This document shows positions 30,952 to 41,081 of a stretch of 64,000 nucleotides of DNA, one piece after another. Position 1 is the first letter of the stretch, and each line of letters opens with the position of its first letter. The position numbers and the translations under genes are program-made. This DNA comes from Gammaproteobacteria bacterium (GTDB taxonomy: Bacteria; Pseudomonadota; Gammaproteobacteria; SZUA-152), in the NCBI GenBank assembly GCA_021647505.1, contig JAKIUN010000005.1, positions 33,927 through 97,926 of the forward strand, given 5' to 3'. Below the pieces are notes generated by a model, which did not search any database, was not told the DNA's origin, and worked only from the letters and a program-made list of their open reading frames with translations.

Positions 30952-31235
30952 CTCGGTGCCCGGATTGCCAGACTTTACCCGCTACGAGGTTGGTGGCGGA
31001 GGTTGCTAAGGTCGATGAGAGTGCCGGTGTGGGCGCGCTGACCCGGGTTTCGCATATCCACCTAGCCGTCGTGCGCCATCATCGGCTTCATGCTTCGGCA
31101 ATCATCCTTTTGCGGCTGATTGGTTTTCATGTTTTCATCTATGTGGAATGTTAGTTTTCGATTTAGAGTGATTTTCTGTGGAATAGAGATGGATAATATC
31201 CACGAAATGAGGGGGTTACAGCCACCTCGGCTTGT

Positions 31236-31251
31236 TGGCGCAGCTCTTGCA
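31236..31251 (+). promoter_or_regulatory. internal sigma54 promoter candidate (TGGCGC-AGCTC-TTGCA) upstream of hoxM
   Basis: One mismatch to the consensus, 135 nt before the hoxM ATG. Repeated GTGGAAT / ATATCCAC motifs lie 50-100 bp upstream. Confidence 0.45.
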
Positions 31252-31385
31252 CTGCACGTGTAAGGAGCCGGTAAGTACGGAATGATTCCTTGCTAAGCCT
31301 CGGCCGCTGGGTACACAGCCCGAAATCCGCGTTTAGCCGCTGGATCCGGGTTTCAGACATAAATAAGAGATTTGGGAGAGAGTCC

Positions 31386-32090
31386 ATGGACTCAGGGAAA
31401 TCCGTTCTGATTCTGGGTATCGGCAATATTTTGTGGGCCGATGAAGGTTTTGGCGTCCGTGCCGTCGAGGCATTGCATCGTCATTATGAATTTTCAGCCA
31501 ATGTCACGTTGATGGATGGCGGGACGCAGGGAACCTACCTGTTACAGCACATCGAGGCCGCCGATGTCCTGGTGATTTTCGATGCCATTGATTACGCCCT
31601 TCCCCCAGGTACTCTGCAACTCATCGAAGGCGACGAGGTTCCCAGTTACATGGGGGCAAAGAAGATGAGCCTGCATCAAACCGGCTTCCAGGAAGTTCTC
31701 TCCATGGCGGCCATGCTGGATCGCTACCCCAGCCGTCTGCTCTTGGTTGGCGTTCAGCCGACACAGTTGGAAGACTATGGCGGTAGTCTGCGTCCAGAGA
31801 CCAAGGCCTGTATTCAGCCCGCCATTGATGCGGCACTGAGGTGGATGGCCGACCTCGGCATTCATGCCAGCAAGAGAGAAATCCCCTTGTCTGAAAATGA
31901 CTCCATCGTCGGCGCCGAAGTGGTGATGGCGCGTTACGAAGGCGAGAGACCGACGCCAGAGCAGGCCTGTCGCATTGGCGATGAGCGCGTGTTGGCCTCG
32001 CCTGCCTTCAAGGTCGAATACCGCCACCATGAGATGGGGGCAGACCGGAATGGCACTAAGTTAAGGGTGTTTAGCACCGACTATCAATAG
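31386..32090 (+). CDS. hoxM: hydrogenase maturation endopeptidase (HoxM/HupD/HyaD)
   Basis: VLILGIGNILWADEGFGVRAVE motif with Asp/His metal ligands. ATG at 31386 after GGGAGAGAG. Confidence 0.85.
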   Translation: MDSGKSVLILGIGNILWADEGFGVRAVEALHRHYEFSANVTLMDGGTQGTYLLQHIEAADVLVIFDAIDYALPPGTLQLIEGDEVPSYMGAKKMSLHQTGFQEVLSMAAMLDRYPSRLLLVGVQPTQLEDYGGSLRPETKACIQPAIDAALRWMADLGIHASKREIPLSENDSIVGAEVVMARYEGERPTPEQACRIGDERVLASPAFKVEYRHHEMGADRNGTKLRVFSTDYQ

Positions 32091-32208
32091 CTTAGCCTCG
32101 TTCTGGCGCGGCTTTCCCGCAGGTCATCCCTATGCAAAAAGGCTTAACTTAGTGCCATTCGGGGCAGACCGTATGGGTGTGGATGTCGATCACCGGGGCA
32201 AGTACTGA

Positions 32209-32526
32209 ATGTGCATGGCCATTCCCATGCAGGTCATCGAGGTTGGCGAAGGCTATGCCTGGTGTGAAAGTGCCGGTGAGCGAAGACGGATCGATACGTT
32301 ACTGGTGGGGGAGCAGCCCGTGGGTACCTGGTTGCTGACGTTTCTCGATGGCGCGCGAGAGGTGTTGTCGGCTGACGAGGCCCGGCGTATTTCTGATGCG
32401 GTTCAGGCCGTGCGGCTGGTGATGCAGGGCAATCACGATATTGATCATCTGTTTGCCGACCTGCTCGATCATGAGCCAAAGGTTCCTGGCGATACCACGT
32501 CAAGTAATGACAACTCGCCGGCATAA
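32209..32526 (+). CDS. hoxL: HypC/HupF-family hydrogenase assembly chaperone (HoxL)
   Basis: MC(M)AIPMQV N-terminus diagnostic for the HypC family. Confidence 0.8.
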   Translation: MCMAIPMQVIEVGEGYAWCESAGERRRIDTLLVGEQPVGTWLLTFLDGAREVLSADEARRISDAVQAVRLVMQGNHDIDHLFADLLDHEPKVPGDTTSSNDNSPA

Positions 32527-32622
32527 AGGGATTTGGGCCTTTTCATCTGACACCTGGTGAGCTTTCTTGATGGACAGGCATCGAGCTTCCGAGACGTTTC
32601 AAGAAACATGAGGGGGAGACCG

Positions 32623-33057
32623 ATGTTTTCGACGCTTACGGAAAATATGATCGAGCAGTACGGCTATCCGGTGGTTACCCGGGAGAGTCTGAATGAGTTT
32701 GCCGCCGTGCATGACGTCGTGGTGCTTTTTTTTACAGAAGACGCGAAAAGGTTTCCCGAGACCGATGATGTGGCGATGATTCTCCCGGAGTTGGTCAAGG
32801 CCTTCGAGGGGTGTTTTGCGGCGGCGGTGGTCGCCCGCCCGGATCAGTTCCACTTACAGATCCGTTATGGATTCAATGAATGGCCAACGCTGGTGTTCCT
32901 GAAAAAGGGGGAATACCTGGGGGCTATTTCGCGGGTGCAGGACTGGCATGACTATCTTGAGCGGATCAGCCGCCTTCTGGCGTCGAAGCCTGAGGAAACG
33001 TCTCGTTTGGGGCGTTCAGTGTCGAGTGTGGGTGGCCGTGCAAGAACAACGGAGTGA
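32623..33057 (+). CDS. hoxO: hydrogenase-1 operon protein HyaE/HoxO (thioredoxin-like)
   Basis: HyaE-family sequence. ATG 32623 after GAGGGGGAGAC. Confidence 0.8.
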   Translation: MFSTLTENMIEQYGYPVVTRESLNEFAAVHDVVVLFFTEDAKRFPETDDVAMILPELVKAFEGCFAAAVVARPDQFHLQIRYGFNEWPTLVFLKKGEYLGAISRVQDWHDYLERISRLLASKPEETSRLGRSVSSVGGRARTTE

Positions 33058-33064
33058 AAAACCG

Positions 33065-33922
33065 ATGAACGAGATAGGGATACCCATTGTTGTTGGGCCA
33101 GGCTCTCAGCCAGCGGAAGCGGACGGTTTGGAGATGGACTACCGGATGCCGGATGGCGACATGCTGATCTATACGCCGCCGGTGTTGCCCGAGCCTGAAG
33201 AAATCGCTGGCGTGGATCAGGCTATCGATTTGTTTGGGAAGGTTCTGACTGCGCTCGAGGCCTATCGGGTGGAGGAGCCCGCTGTGGCGTTTTCGCTGGA
33301 TGGTCTTGACGAACACAATGTCGACCTGGTCAACCAGATGCTGGGTAGTGGCGAAGTCAGCATGACATACCAGGGCGAGGAGAAGGCCCAGATTCAGGAG
33401 TCGGTACTGGCAGGGGTCTGGCGCATACAGTTTTTGGGGCCAGCGGGAGAGATCCAGCGTGACGTAATCGAAGTGGCCGGCATTCCCCGTTTGATCCGGG
33501 AGTCCACCTTTGCCCAGGCCGCCACATCATTGAAACTGGATTCTGCCTCGATCCCGGACAATGTTTATAACGCACCGCCTTTGTTGTCGGAAATCGCGGA
33601 GAAAATGCCCGCCTACCGTCTTGGTGATGAGCCGCACGTGATCAACCTGTCGCTGTTGCCGCATACCAATGAAGACATCGAATACCTCTCTGCAGAACTG
33701 GGTGTGGGGCCGACGGTTATTTTGTCGCGGGGTTATGGCAACTGCCGGGTCAGCAGCACGACGACACGAAATGTCTGGTGGGTGCAATATTTCAACTCGC
33801 AGGACACCCTGATCCTTAATACCCTGGAGGTCAGCGATGTGCCCAATGTAGCCTGCGCGGCACAGGAAGATATCGAGGATAGTGCCCAGCGCTTACGGGA
33901 GATTCTGGAAGTTTATGCCTAG
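33065..33922 (+). CDS. hoxQ: hydrogenase expression/formation protein HupH/HyaF (HoxQ)
   Basis: 285 aa, the length of HyaF. Conserved position after hyaE. Confidence 0.8.
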   Translation: MNEIGIPIVVGPGSQPAEADGLEMDYRMPDGDMLIYTPPVLPEPEEIAGVDQAIDLFGKVLTALEAYRVEEPAVAFSLDGLDEHNVDLVNQMLGSGEVSMTYQGEEKAQIQESVLAGVWRIQFLGPAGEIQRDVIEVAGIPRLIRESTFAQAATSLKLDSASIPDNVYNAPPLLSEIAEKMPAYRLGDEPHVINLSLLPHTNEDIEYLSAELGVGPTVILSRGYGNCRVSSTTTRNVWWVQYFNSQDTLILNTLEVSDVPNVACAAQEDIEDSAQRLREILEVYA

Positions 33923-34142
33923 TGGTGACTTTATTCCGGGCTCTTATGGCGGCGATGCCAGCAAGCTTCGCGAGGACTCGAAACTGGAATGCAAGATCTG
34001 CTGGTATGTCTATGACCCGGATCAGGGGGACGAATACTGGCAGATTCCGCCAGGAACCCCTTTTGCGCGGCTGCCCGGACACTGGGTCTGTCCTGAGTGT
34101 GACGGCAAGAAGATCGATTTCATGCTACTTACGGAGGACTGA
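33915..34142 (+). CDS. hoxR: rubredoxin (HoxR/HupI)
   Basis: CKICWYVYD...CPEC rubredoxin Cys pairs. The start overlaps the hoxQ stop. An alternative GTG start lies at 33882. Confidence 0.8.
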   Translation: MPSGDFIPGSYGGDASKLREDSKLECKICWYVYDPDQGDEYWQIPPGTPFARLPGHWVCPECDGKKIDFMLLTED

Positions 34143-34781
34143 TTGGTGGGTCGTCCAGACCGTTTGATGACCGACCTGGAGGCAGTCTTCAGCGCCATCC
34201 AACGGGAGCGGATGGTGGATATCCCCATCCTCAATCCTCGTCTCGAGGTACGGGCGGTGGGATTCCAGGATTGGGACGGCCATTGGCTGGGCGTGTTGAT
34301 CACGCCCTGGTTTATGAACCTGATGTTGCTGCCTGGGGAGGGCAAGATCTGGCCCGAAATGGCTACTGGCGACAAGCTGAGCCACGTCTTGCCTTCCGGC
34401 CGCTACGAATTCATCGTCGGCGACGAAAATGACATCGGTCAGTATCAGATGTGCTCACTGTTTTCGCCCATGTTCGAGTTCGAGGATCAAGCCGCTGTCG
34501 TTGCCACGGCCGAGGCGGTGATGGCGGCCATTTTCGATCAGGCCAATAAGGACGAGGCGATGACGCGAGAAAGTGAAATCGTACGTCTTTGGCAGGGGGA
34601 AGAGAATACCGAAGATGTCGAGCCCTCCATTGTGCCGACGACGGATGAGGCACAAACCGAGCAAGAAGCGGCACCACCCTCCCTGCAGGAACGGATTGAA
34701 AAGCCCCTCAGCCGGCGTGATCTGTTGCGTGGCGCCTTTTTGCGCCGGGAGGCCAAGGAAACTCTGCCGCGTGCAGATTGA
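34143..34781 (+). CDS. hoxT: hydrogenase assembly chaperone HupJ/HybE family (HoxT)
   Basis: HybE/HupJ N-terminal domain with an acidic C-terminus. TTG start 6 nt after GGAGG. Confidence 0.7.
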   Translation: MVGRPDRLMTDLEAVFSAIQRERMVDIPILNPRLEVRAVGFQDWDGHWLGVLITPWFMNLMLLPGEGKIWPEMATGDKLSHVLPSGRYEFIVGDENDIGQYQMCSLFSPMFEFEDQAAVVATAEAVMAAIFDQANKDEAMTRESEIVRLWQGEENTEDVEPSIVPTTDEAQTEQEAAPPSLQERIEKPLSRRDLLRGAFLRREAKETLPRAD

Positions 34782-35949
34782 AGGACAACTGAAGATTGAT
34801 ATCCATGCGCAGGATGGGCGACCCTGCCGGGTTGAGATCCGCTCCAGCCGCCCGTTGCAGATGACACGGATCTTCGAGGGCAAGGCGCCGGAACAAGTCT
34901 TGGCCACCTTGCCACGGCTCTACAGCATGTGCGGCATGGCGCAGGGCGTGGCGGCCATCGACGCCTTCCGGCAGGTTTTGGGGCGCGAAGACGTGGCACC
35001 GGCGGTCGCGGCGCGGGCCTTGCTGGTGATGATGGAGACGGCCCGCGAACACCTGTGGCACATCATGCTGGGTTGGCCTGGCCTGATGGAGGCGTCGGCC
35101 GAGGCGCACTCGGCATCGTTGGTGCAGCCTTTGCTGCCGGGCCTTCGTCAGTCCTTGTTCGGGGACGGGGATCCTTTCTCGCTGACGGCACAGGTCAGGC
35201 CGAATATTTCCGGGGTGGCGCAGAAAATCGACTCTCTGGAGCGAATTATCGATGAACAGGTATTCTGTGAGTCGGCGGCTTTATGGAGAGCTATTGATAG
35301 TTATGCCGGCCTGGGCCGCTGGGCCGATGAGGCGGAAACGGTTGCGGCGCGGCTGATACGGCGTATCGTGCAGGCAGGTTGGGAGGGTGTGGGCGCGAGT
35401 GATAGCAAATTACTCCCCGCCTTGAGTGCAGCGGCCCTGACGCGGTGTTTGCGCGCCGCCGATGCCGAACGCTTCGTTGCCGAGCCGACCTGGCAGGGGC
35501 AGACCATGGAGACCTCGCCACTGACGCGGCAGATCGGGCAGCCGCTGATCCGCACCCTGCACGGCGAGTTCGGTAACGGCCTGCTGACACGCTTCGCGGC
35601 GCGGCTGGTCGAACTGGCGGGGCTTGCCGAAGCGATGCGGGTGATGCTGCCGCGCTTGCAGGAGTCAGCGCAGACGCCAGCCGCCGACGCAGTGGTCACG
35701 ACCGGCACCGGCATCGGCGTGGTGGAGGCCGCCCGGGGACGCCTGGCGCACCGGGTTGAAATGGCCGGGCCGGTGGTGAGGCGCTACCAGATACTGGTTC
35801 CCACGGAATGGAATTTCCATCCCGCAGGCGTCGTTGCCAGGGGGCTTGCGGGCTTGCCCGAGGGCGACCCTTTGGTGCGGCGGCGACAGGCCGAGATGCT
35901 GGTCGCCGCCGTCGACCCCTGCGTCGGATACGAACTCAGGGTACATTGA
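34771..35949 (+). CDS. hoxV: HupK/HoxV hydrogenase large-subunit-like scaffold protein
   Basis: 392 aa, with a degenerate large-subunit N-terminal motif (RLYSMCGMAQGVAA). GTG start at 34771. The track ORF starts earlier, in a region that overlaps hoxT. Confidence 0.75.
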   Translation: MQIEGQLKIDIHAQDGRPCRVEIRSSRPLQMTRIFEGKAPEQVLATLPRLYSMCGMAQGVAAIDAFRQVLGREDVAPAVAARALLVMMETAREHLWHIMLGWPGLMEASAEAHSASLVQPLLPGLRQSLFGDGDPFSLTAQVRPNISGVAQKIDSLERIIDEQVFCESAALWRAIDSYAGLGRWADEAETVAARLIRRIVQAGWEGVGASDSKLLPALSAAALTRCLRAADAERFVAEPTWQGQTMETSPLTRQIGQPLIRTLHGEFGNGLLTRFAARLVELAGLAEAMRVMLPRLQESAQTPAADAVVTTGTGIGVVEAARGRLAHRVEMAGPVVRRYQILVPTEWNFHPAGVVARGLAGLPEGDPLVRRRQAEMLVAAVDPCVGYELRVH

Positions 35950-35954
35950 TAGAT

Positions 35955-36296
35955 ATGCATGAAATGTCCCTTTGCGAAGGTGTCCTGCAGGTTTTGCAGG
36001 ACAGCGCCCGGCAGCAGGGTTTCCTGCGCGTGAAGACCGTTTGGCTGGAAATCGGCGCCCTGGCGAGCGTCGATGTCGAGGCCATGCGCTTCAGTTTCGA
36101 CGTGGTGGTGAACGGTTCCCTGGCCAACGGCGCGCGACTGGAGATCATCGGATTGCCAGGTCGCGCCTGGTGTATGCCCTGTGGGCAGACGGTGTCCGTC
36201 GAGCAACGCTTTGATGCTTGTTCGGAGTGCGGCAGCTACCAGCTGCAGGTGACCGGCGGTGACGAAATGAGAATCAAGGAACTGGAGGTGGAGTGA
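35955..36296 (+). CDS. hypA: hydrogenase nickel-incorporation protein HypA
   Basis: 113 aa, [10 protein letters not shown]-terminus, CxxC...CxxC zinc site. Confidence 0.85.
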   Translation: MHEMSLCEGVLQVLQDSARQQGFLRVKTVWLEIGALASVDVEAMRFSFDVVVNGSLANGARLEIIGLPGRAWCMPCGQTVSVEQRFDACSECGSYQLQVTGGDEMRIKELEVE

Positions 36297-37123
36297 TGTG
36301 TACGGTATGTGGGTGCAGCGAGGGAGAAGCTCGCATCGAAGGTCATGACCATGGTCATACGCACCACCATGAACAGGGTCATGGCCATTCCCATGCTGAG
36401 CCGCTACACGACTATAGCCAAGGGCCGGCGCATGCCCACGCGCCTGGCCTGAGCCAGGCGCGCATGGTACAGATCGAGCAGGACATCCTGGGCAAGAACA
36501 ACGAGTACGCCGCCGCCAACCGCCGCTGGTTCGCCGAGCGCGGTATCCTGGTGTTGAATCTGGTTTCGAGTCCCGGATCGGGCAAGACGACCCTGCTGAC
36601 CCGAACCATCACCGATCTCAAGCAGGCGCTCGAACTGGCCGTGATCGAGGGCGACCAACAGACCACCTTCGATGCCGAGCGCATCCGCGATACCGGCGTC
36701 AAGGCCCTGCAGATCAATACCGGCAAGGGCTGCCACCTGGATGCGCACATGGTCGGGCACGCCCTGGAGAGCCTGTCGCCCGGCGATGGCAGTGTCCTGT
36801 TCATCGAGAACGTGGGCAACCTGGTCTGCCCGGCGGCCTTTGATTTGGGCGAGGCGCACAAGGTCGCTATTCTCTCCGTCACCGAAGGCGAGGACAAGCC
36901 CCTCAAGTACCCGGACATGTTCCATGCCGCCGGTCTGATGATCCTCAACAAGATCGACCTGCTGCCCTATGTGTCATTCGACGCAGAAAAGTGCATCGGC
37001 TACGCGCGCCGGGTGAATCCCGGTATCAAGGTACTGCAGGTCTCGGCTACCACCGGTGAGGGGATGGACGACTGGTACTGTTGGTTGCGCGCCAATCGGC
37101 AGCTTGCCGCAATCGGGAGCTGA
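36293..37123 (+). CDS. hypB: hydrogenase nickel-incorporation GTPase HypB (His-rich N-terminus)
   Basis: CxxCGC plus a His-rich stretch, GSGKTTLL P-loop, NKIDLL. Confidence 0.9.
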   Translation: MMCTVCGCSEGEARIEGHDHGHTHHHEQGHGHSHAEPLHDYSQGPAHAHAPGLSQARMVQIEQDILGKNNEYAAANRRWFAERGILVLNLVSSPGSGKTTLLTRTITDLKQALELAVIEGDQQTTFDAERIRDTGVKALQINTGKGCHLDAHMVGHALESLSPGDGSVLFIENVGNLVCPAAFDLGEAHKVAILSVTEGEDKPLKYPDMFHAAGLMILNKIDLLPYVSFDAEKCIGYARRVNPGIKVLQVSATTGEGMDDWYCWLRANRQLAAIGS

Positions 37124-37125
37124 TC

Positions 37126-37362
37126 ATGTGTCTCGCGCTACCGGCAAAAGTTGTGGATATCGACGCCGCCACGGACATGGCCACTGTGGCCCTTGGTGAA
37201 GTACAGAAAGCCATTTCCCTGGCCCTGGTAGAGGACGTGCAGGTGGGCGATTTCGTCCTGATCCACGTCGGCTACGCCCTCAATAAGATCAGTGAGGAAG
37301 AAGCCGAACAGACGCTGCGGATCTTTGCCGAGGCGGGCCTGATCGGGGAGGTGGCTCAATGA
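37126..37362 (+). CDS. hypC: hydrogenase assembly chaperone HypC
   Basis: MCLALPAKV N-terminus, 78 aa. Confidence 0.85.
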   Translation: MCLALPAKVVDIDAATDMATVALGEVQKAISLALVEDVQVGDFVLIHVGYALNKISEEEAEQTLRIFAEAGLIGEVAQ

Positions 37363-38513
37363 AATACGTCGATGAATTCCGTCAGCGCGATCTGGCGCGC
37401 ACATTGGCCACAGGCATCGCCCAGGCTGCCGATACCGGGCGCGAATACCGCCTGATGGAATTCTGTGGCGGCCATACGCATGCCATCTTTCGTTATGGCG
37501 TGCAGGATTTGATGCCGGACAACGTCACCTTCGTACATGGCCCGGGTTGCCCGGTCTGCGTGCTGCCCATCGGCCGCATCGACAACGCCATCGCCCTGGT
37601 GAAGGCGTCGGATGTGATCCTCTGTACCTATGGCGACATGCTGCGGGTGCCGGCCAGTGGCCGCAACAGCCTGCTCAAGGTCAAGGCTGCGGGCGGTGAT
37701 GTTCGCATGGTCTATTCCACCCTGGATGCCCTGAATATTGCCCGTGACAACCCCGGGCACCAGGTGGTGTTTTTCGCCATCGGTTTCGAGACCACCACCC
37801 CGCCAACGGCGGTAGCGATTCGTCAGGCCCAGGCCGAAAGGCTGGAGAACTTCAGCGTCTTCTGTAACCACGTCCTCACCCCAGCTGCGATCCAGGCCAT
37901 TCTCAGCAGCCGCGAAGGGGATGCGGCGGCAGAGGTCGCCATCGACGGCTTTCTGGGCCCCTCTCATGTCAGCTCGGTGATTGGCAGCCAGCCTTACGAG
38001 GGACTGGTGGCGCGTTTCCAGCGCCCCGTAGTGATCGCTGGTTTCGAGCCCCTGGACGTGATGCAAGCGACCCTGATGCTGATCCGTCAGCTCAATGAAG
38101 GGCGCTGCGAGGTGGAGAACGAATACACCCGCGTGGTGACCCGCGAAGGCAATCCCAAGGCTCAGGCCCTGGTGGCCGAGGTGTTCGAGCGGCGCCCCGA
38201 GTTCGAATGGCGCGGCCTGGGTCTGCTGCCCGACAGCGCCCTACGCATCCGGCCCGCCTATGCCGACTTCGATACCGAACGGCGTTTCGCGGTGCCGACG
38301 ATCCAGGCCTCCGACATCAAGGGCTGCGAATGCCCCAGCATTTTGCGTGGTGTAAAGCGGCCGACGGACTGCAAGCTGTTCGGCACCGTCTGCACACCGG
38401 AAAACCCCATGGGCTCCTGCATGGTCTCCTCCGAGGGCGCCTGCGCCGCCTATTGGAGCTACGGTCGCTTCCGCCAGACAGCGGGTAAGGCGCCAACGGA
38501 GAGTGCCGCGTGA
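37359..38513 (+). CDS. hypD: hydrogenase maturation factor HypD
   Basis: CGGHTHAI, GPGCPVC, GFETT motifs. Confidence 0.9.
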   Translation: MKYVDEFRQRDLARTLATGIAQAADTGREYRLMEFCGGHTHAIFRYGVQDLMPDNVTFVHGPGCPVCVLPIGRIDNAIALVKASDVILCTYGDMLRVPASGRNSLLKVKAAGGDVRMVYSTLDALNIARDNPGHQVVFFAIGFETTTPPTAVAIRQAQAERLENFSVFCNHVLTPAAIQAILSSREGDAAAEVAIDGFLGPSHVSSVIGSQPYEGLVARFQRPVVIAGFEPLDVMQATLMLIRQLNEGRCEVENEYTRVVTREGNPKAQALVAEVFERRPEFEWRGLGLLPDSALRIRPAYADFDTERRFAVPTIQASDIKGCECPSILRGVKRPTDCKLFGTVCTPENPMGSCMVSSEGACAAYWSYGRFRQTAGKAPTESAA

Positions 38514-39559
38514 GTGATCCGGGCAAGCGTTTTTCCGTGAAGCTGGATACCCGGCGGGGCCGGGTGGACATGAGTCATGGCAGCGGTGGCCGCGCCATGG
38601 CGCAATTGATCGAACAGCTGTTCGTCAAGCACCTCGACAATCCCCTGCTGCGCCAGGCCAATGACCAGGCGGCGTTCAACGTGCCGGCCGGACGCATGGT
38701 GATGAGCACCGATGGCCATGTCATTTCTCCCCTGTTCTTTCCCGGCGGCGACATCGGCTCATTGGCCGTGCACGGAACCATCAATGATGTCGCCATGTCC
38801 GGGGCGCAGCCGCTCTACCTCGCCGCTGCTTTCATTCTTGAGGAGGGTTTTCTTCTGGCCGACCTGGAGCGCGTGGTGGTGAGCATGGCGGCGGCGGCGA
38901 CGGCGGCGGGTGTGCCGGTGGTGACGGGCGATACCAAGGTGGTGGAAAAAGGCAAGGGTGATGGCATCTTCATTACTACCACGGGGGTGGGCCAGGTGCC
39001 CGACGGCGTGACCATTTCCGGTGACCGGGCCCGGCCCGGTGACGCCATCCTGGTCAGCGGCAGCATGGGTGATCATGGTGTCGCCATCATGTCGAGCCGC
39101 GAGAACCTGGAATTCGAGACCCGTATCGAATCCGATTCCGCCGCCTTGCACGGTCTGGTCGCCGCCATGGTTGGGGCCGTGCCCGGCATCCACTGCCTGC
39201 GTGATCCAACGCGCGGCGGCCTGGCCACGACCCTCAACGAACTGGCTTGTCAGTCGGGCATCGGCATGCGCCTGCAGGAAACGGCGATACCGATCAAGCC
39301 GGCGGTCAGTGATGCCTGCGAGCTGCTCGGCCTGGATCCCCTCTATGTCGCCAACGAGGGCAAGCTGATTGGTATTTGTCCCGGTGCGGACGCCGAGCGC
39401 CTGCTGGCAGTGATGCGCGCGCACCCGCTGGGGCGGCAGGCCGCTATCATCGGCGAGGTGGTGGAAGACCCGGACGGCTTTGTGCAGATGGAAACGGCCT
39501 TTGGCGGTAGCCGCATCGTCGACTGGCTGGCGGGCGAACAATTGCCAAGGATTTGCTGA
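38510..39559 (+). CDS. hypE: hydrogenase maturation carbamoyl dehydratase HypE
   Basis: HGSGG motif. PurM-like fold. GTG start at 38510 overlapping the hypD stop. Alternative ATG at 38570. Confidence 0.85.
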   Translation: MSDPGKRFSVKLDTRRGRVDMSHGSGGRAMAQLIEQLFVKHLDNPLLRQANDQAAFNVPAGRMVMSTDGHVISPLFFPGGDIGSLAVHGTINDVAMSGAQPLYLAAAFILEEGFLLADLERVVVSMAAAATAAGVPVVTGDTKVVEKGKGDGIFITTTGVGQVPDGVTISGDRARPGDAILVSGSMGDHGVAIMSSRENLEFETRIESDSAALHGLVAAMVGAVPGIHCLRDPTRGGLATTLNELACQSGIGMRLQETAIPIKPAVSDACELLGLDPLYVANEGKLIGICPGADAERLLAVMRAHPLGRQAAIIGEVVEDPDGFVQMETAFGGSRIVDWLAGEQLPRIC

Positions 39560-39583
39560 GGCGTTTACGAAGAGGGATCGTGA

Positions 39584-41068
39584 GTGAAGACATTACCAAC
39601 CCTATTGATTGTCGATGACGAAGTCCGCAGCCTAGAGTCTCTGCAGCGCATCCTGGACGATGACTTCGATGTGCAGACCGCGACCAATACCCGTGACGCG
39701 GAGGCCATTTTGGCGCGGGAGTGGGTGCAGGTCATCCTCTGCGACCAGCGCATGCCGGAAGAGAGCGGGGTCGAATTCCTTTGCCGGGTGCGGGAGCATT
39801 GGCCGGATATCATCCGCATGATTATTTCCGGCTACAGCGATTCGACGGACATCATCAGCGCCCTCAACGAGGCGGGCGTGTATCAATACATCATTAAGCC
39901 CTGGTTGCCCGACCAGCTGATTCTCACCCTCAATAACGCGGTCAGGCTGTTCCAGCTGCAGCACGAGAACGAACTGCTGTCCATCGAATTGAAGGCCCTG
40001 CCGCAACACGTCGAACAGGGGCTGGCCGAAAAGCGCGCCGCCCTGCGCAACGGTTACCGGGGTGGTGACGGCATCGTGCGCACCTCGTCCAGCTGCATGA
40101 ACCAGGTGTGCGAGAAGATCCATCGCGTGGCCCCCTACGACATCTCGGTGCTGATCACCGGCGAATCCGGTACCGGCAAGGAGCTGGCAGCACGGGCCCT
40201 GCACTACAACAGCCTGCGCTGGGAAAAACCGTTCGTGGTGGAGAACTGCGCAGCGCTGCCCGACGAGCTGCTGGAAAGCGAATTGTTCGGTTGCAAGCAG
40301 GGTGCCTTCACTGGTGCCATCGAGGATCGCATGGGGCTGTTTGAGCGCGCCAATGGCGGTACCGTGCTGCTGGACGAGATTGGCGAAGTCTCACCGGCCT
40401 TCCAGGTCAAGCTGCTGCGAGTGCTGCAGGAAGGCGAGATCCGCCCGTTAGGCAGTGGCAGGACGCGCAAGGTGGACATTCGGGTGATCGCCTCCACCAA
40501 CCGGGATCTGGAGGCAGAGGTGCGCGCTGGACGTTTCCGTGAGGATCTCTATTACCGCTTGACGCCGGTCACCATCCAGATGCCGGCCCTGCGCGAGCGC
40601 ACCGAGGACATCCCGGTACTGGCCAATGCGCTGCTGGTGTCCGCCATGCAGGCCTTGGGTAAGCAGGTCGATGGTTTTAGCGATGAGGCCTTGGCCTGCA
40701 TGCAGGCCTATCACTGGCCGGGTAACGTGCGTGAGCTACAGAACGAGATACAGCACATGCTGGTGATGTCTGACGAACGGGTATTGGGCGCCGAGCTGCT
40801 TTCGCCCCGTGTCCTGCGGGCCGCTCCCGCGGAAGACGAAGGGCAACTGGATCTTCAGGCGAGCCTCGATGGCACGCTCAAGGAGCGCATCGAGTCGCTG
40901 GAGGCGATGATTCTGCGCGAGTGTCTGATCCGTCATCGCTGGAACAAGAGCCGTGCGGCCAAAGAGCTGGGACTCTCGCGCGTTGGCCTGCGCAGCAAGT
41001 TGGAGCGCTATGGGCTGGAAAAAATTGAACGAATAGACCCGCCCGCCTCGCGCGGGGCAGCGGGATGA
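39584..41068 (+). CDS. hoxA: sigma54-dependent response regulator HoxA (NtrC family)
   Basis: Receiver domain, AAA+ sigma54-interaction domain (GESGTGKE, GAFTGA), C-terminal HTH. Confidence 0.85.
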   Translation: MKTLPTLLIVDDEVRSLESLQRILDDDFDVQTATNTRDAEAILAREWVQVILCDQRMPEESGVEFLCRVREHWPDIIRMIISGYSDSTDIISALNEAGVYQYIIKPWLPDQLILTLNNAVRLFQLQHENELLSIELKALPQHVEQGLAEKRAALRNGYRGGDGIVRTSSSCMNQVCEKIHRVAPYDISVLITGESGTGKELAARALHYNSLRWEKPFVVENCAALPDELLESELFGCKQGAFTGAIEDRMGLFERANGGTVLLDEIGEVSPAFQVKLLRVLQEGEIRPLGSGRTRKVDIRVIASTNRDLEAEVRAGRFREDLYYRLTPVTIQMPALRERTEDIPVLANALLVSAMQALGKQVDGFSDEALACMQAYHWPGNVRELQNEIQHMLVMSDERVLGAELLSPRVLRAAPAEDEGQLDLQASLDGTLKERIESLEAMILRECLIRHRWNKSRAAKELGLSRVGLRSKLERYGLEKIERIDPPASRGAAG

Positions 41069-41081
41069 TGGCAGGGAGGAT

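Noticed and set aside
30743-31009. 88-aa plus-strand ORF
   Set aside because: It lies in an alternative frame that overlaps the 116-aa membrane-protein ORF and the non-coding gap. It has no support.
33882-33914. Upstream GTG start for rubredoxin hoxR
   Set aside because: The Shine-Dalgarno-like sequence sits only 1 nt from the GTG. The ATG at 33915, overlapping the hoxQ stop, is preferred. The true start remains uncertain.
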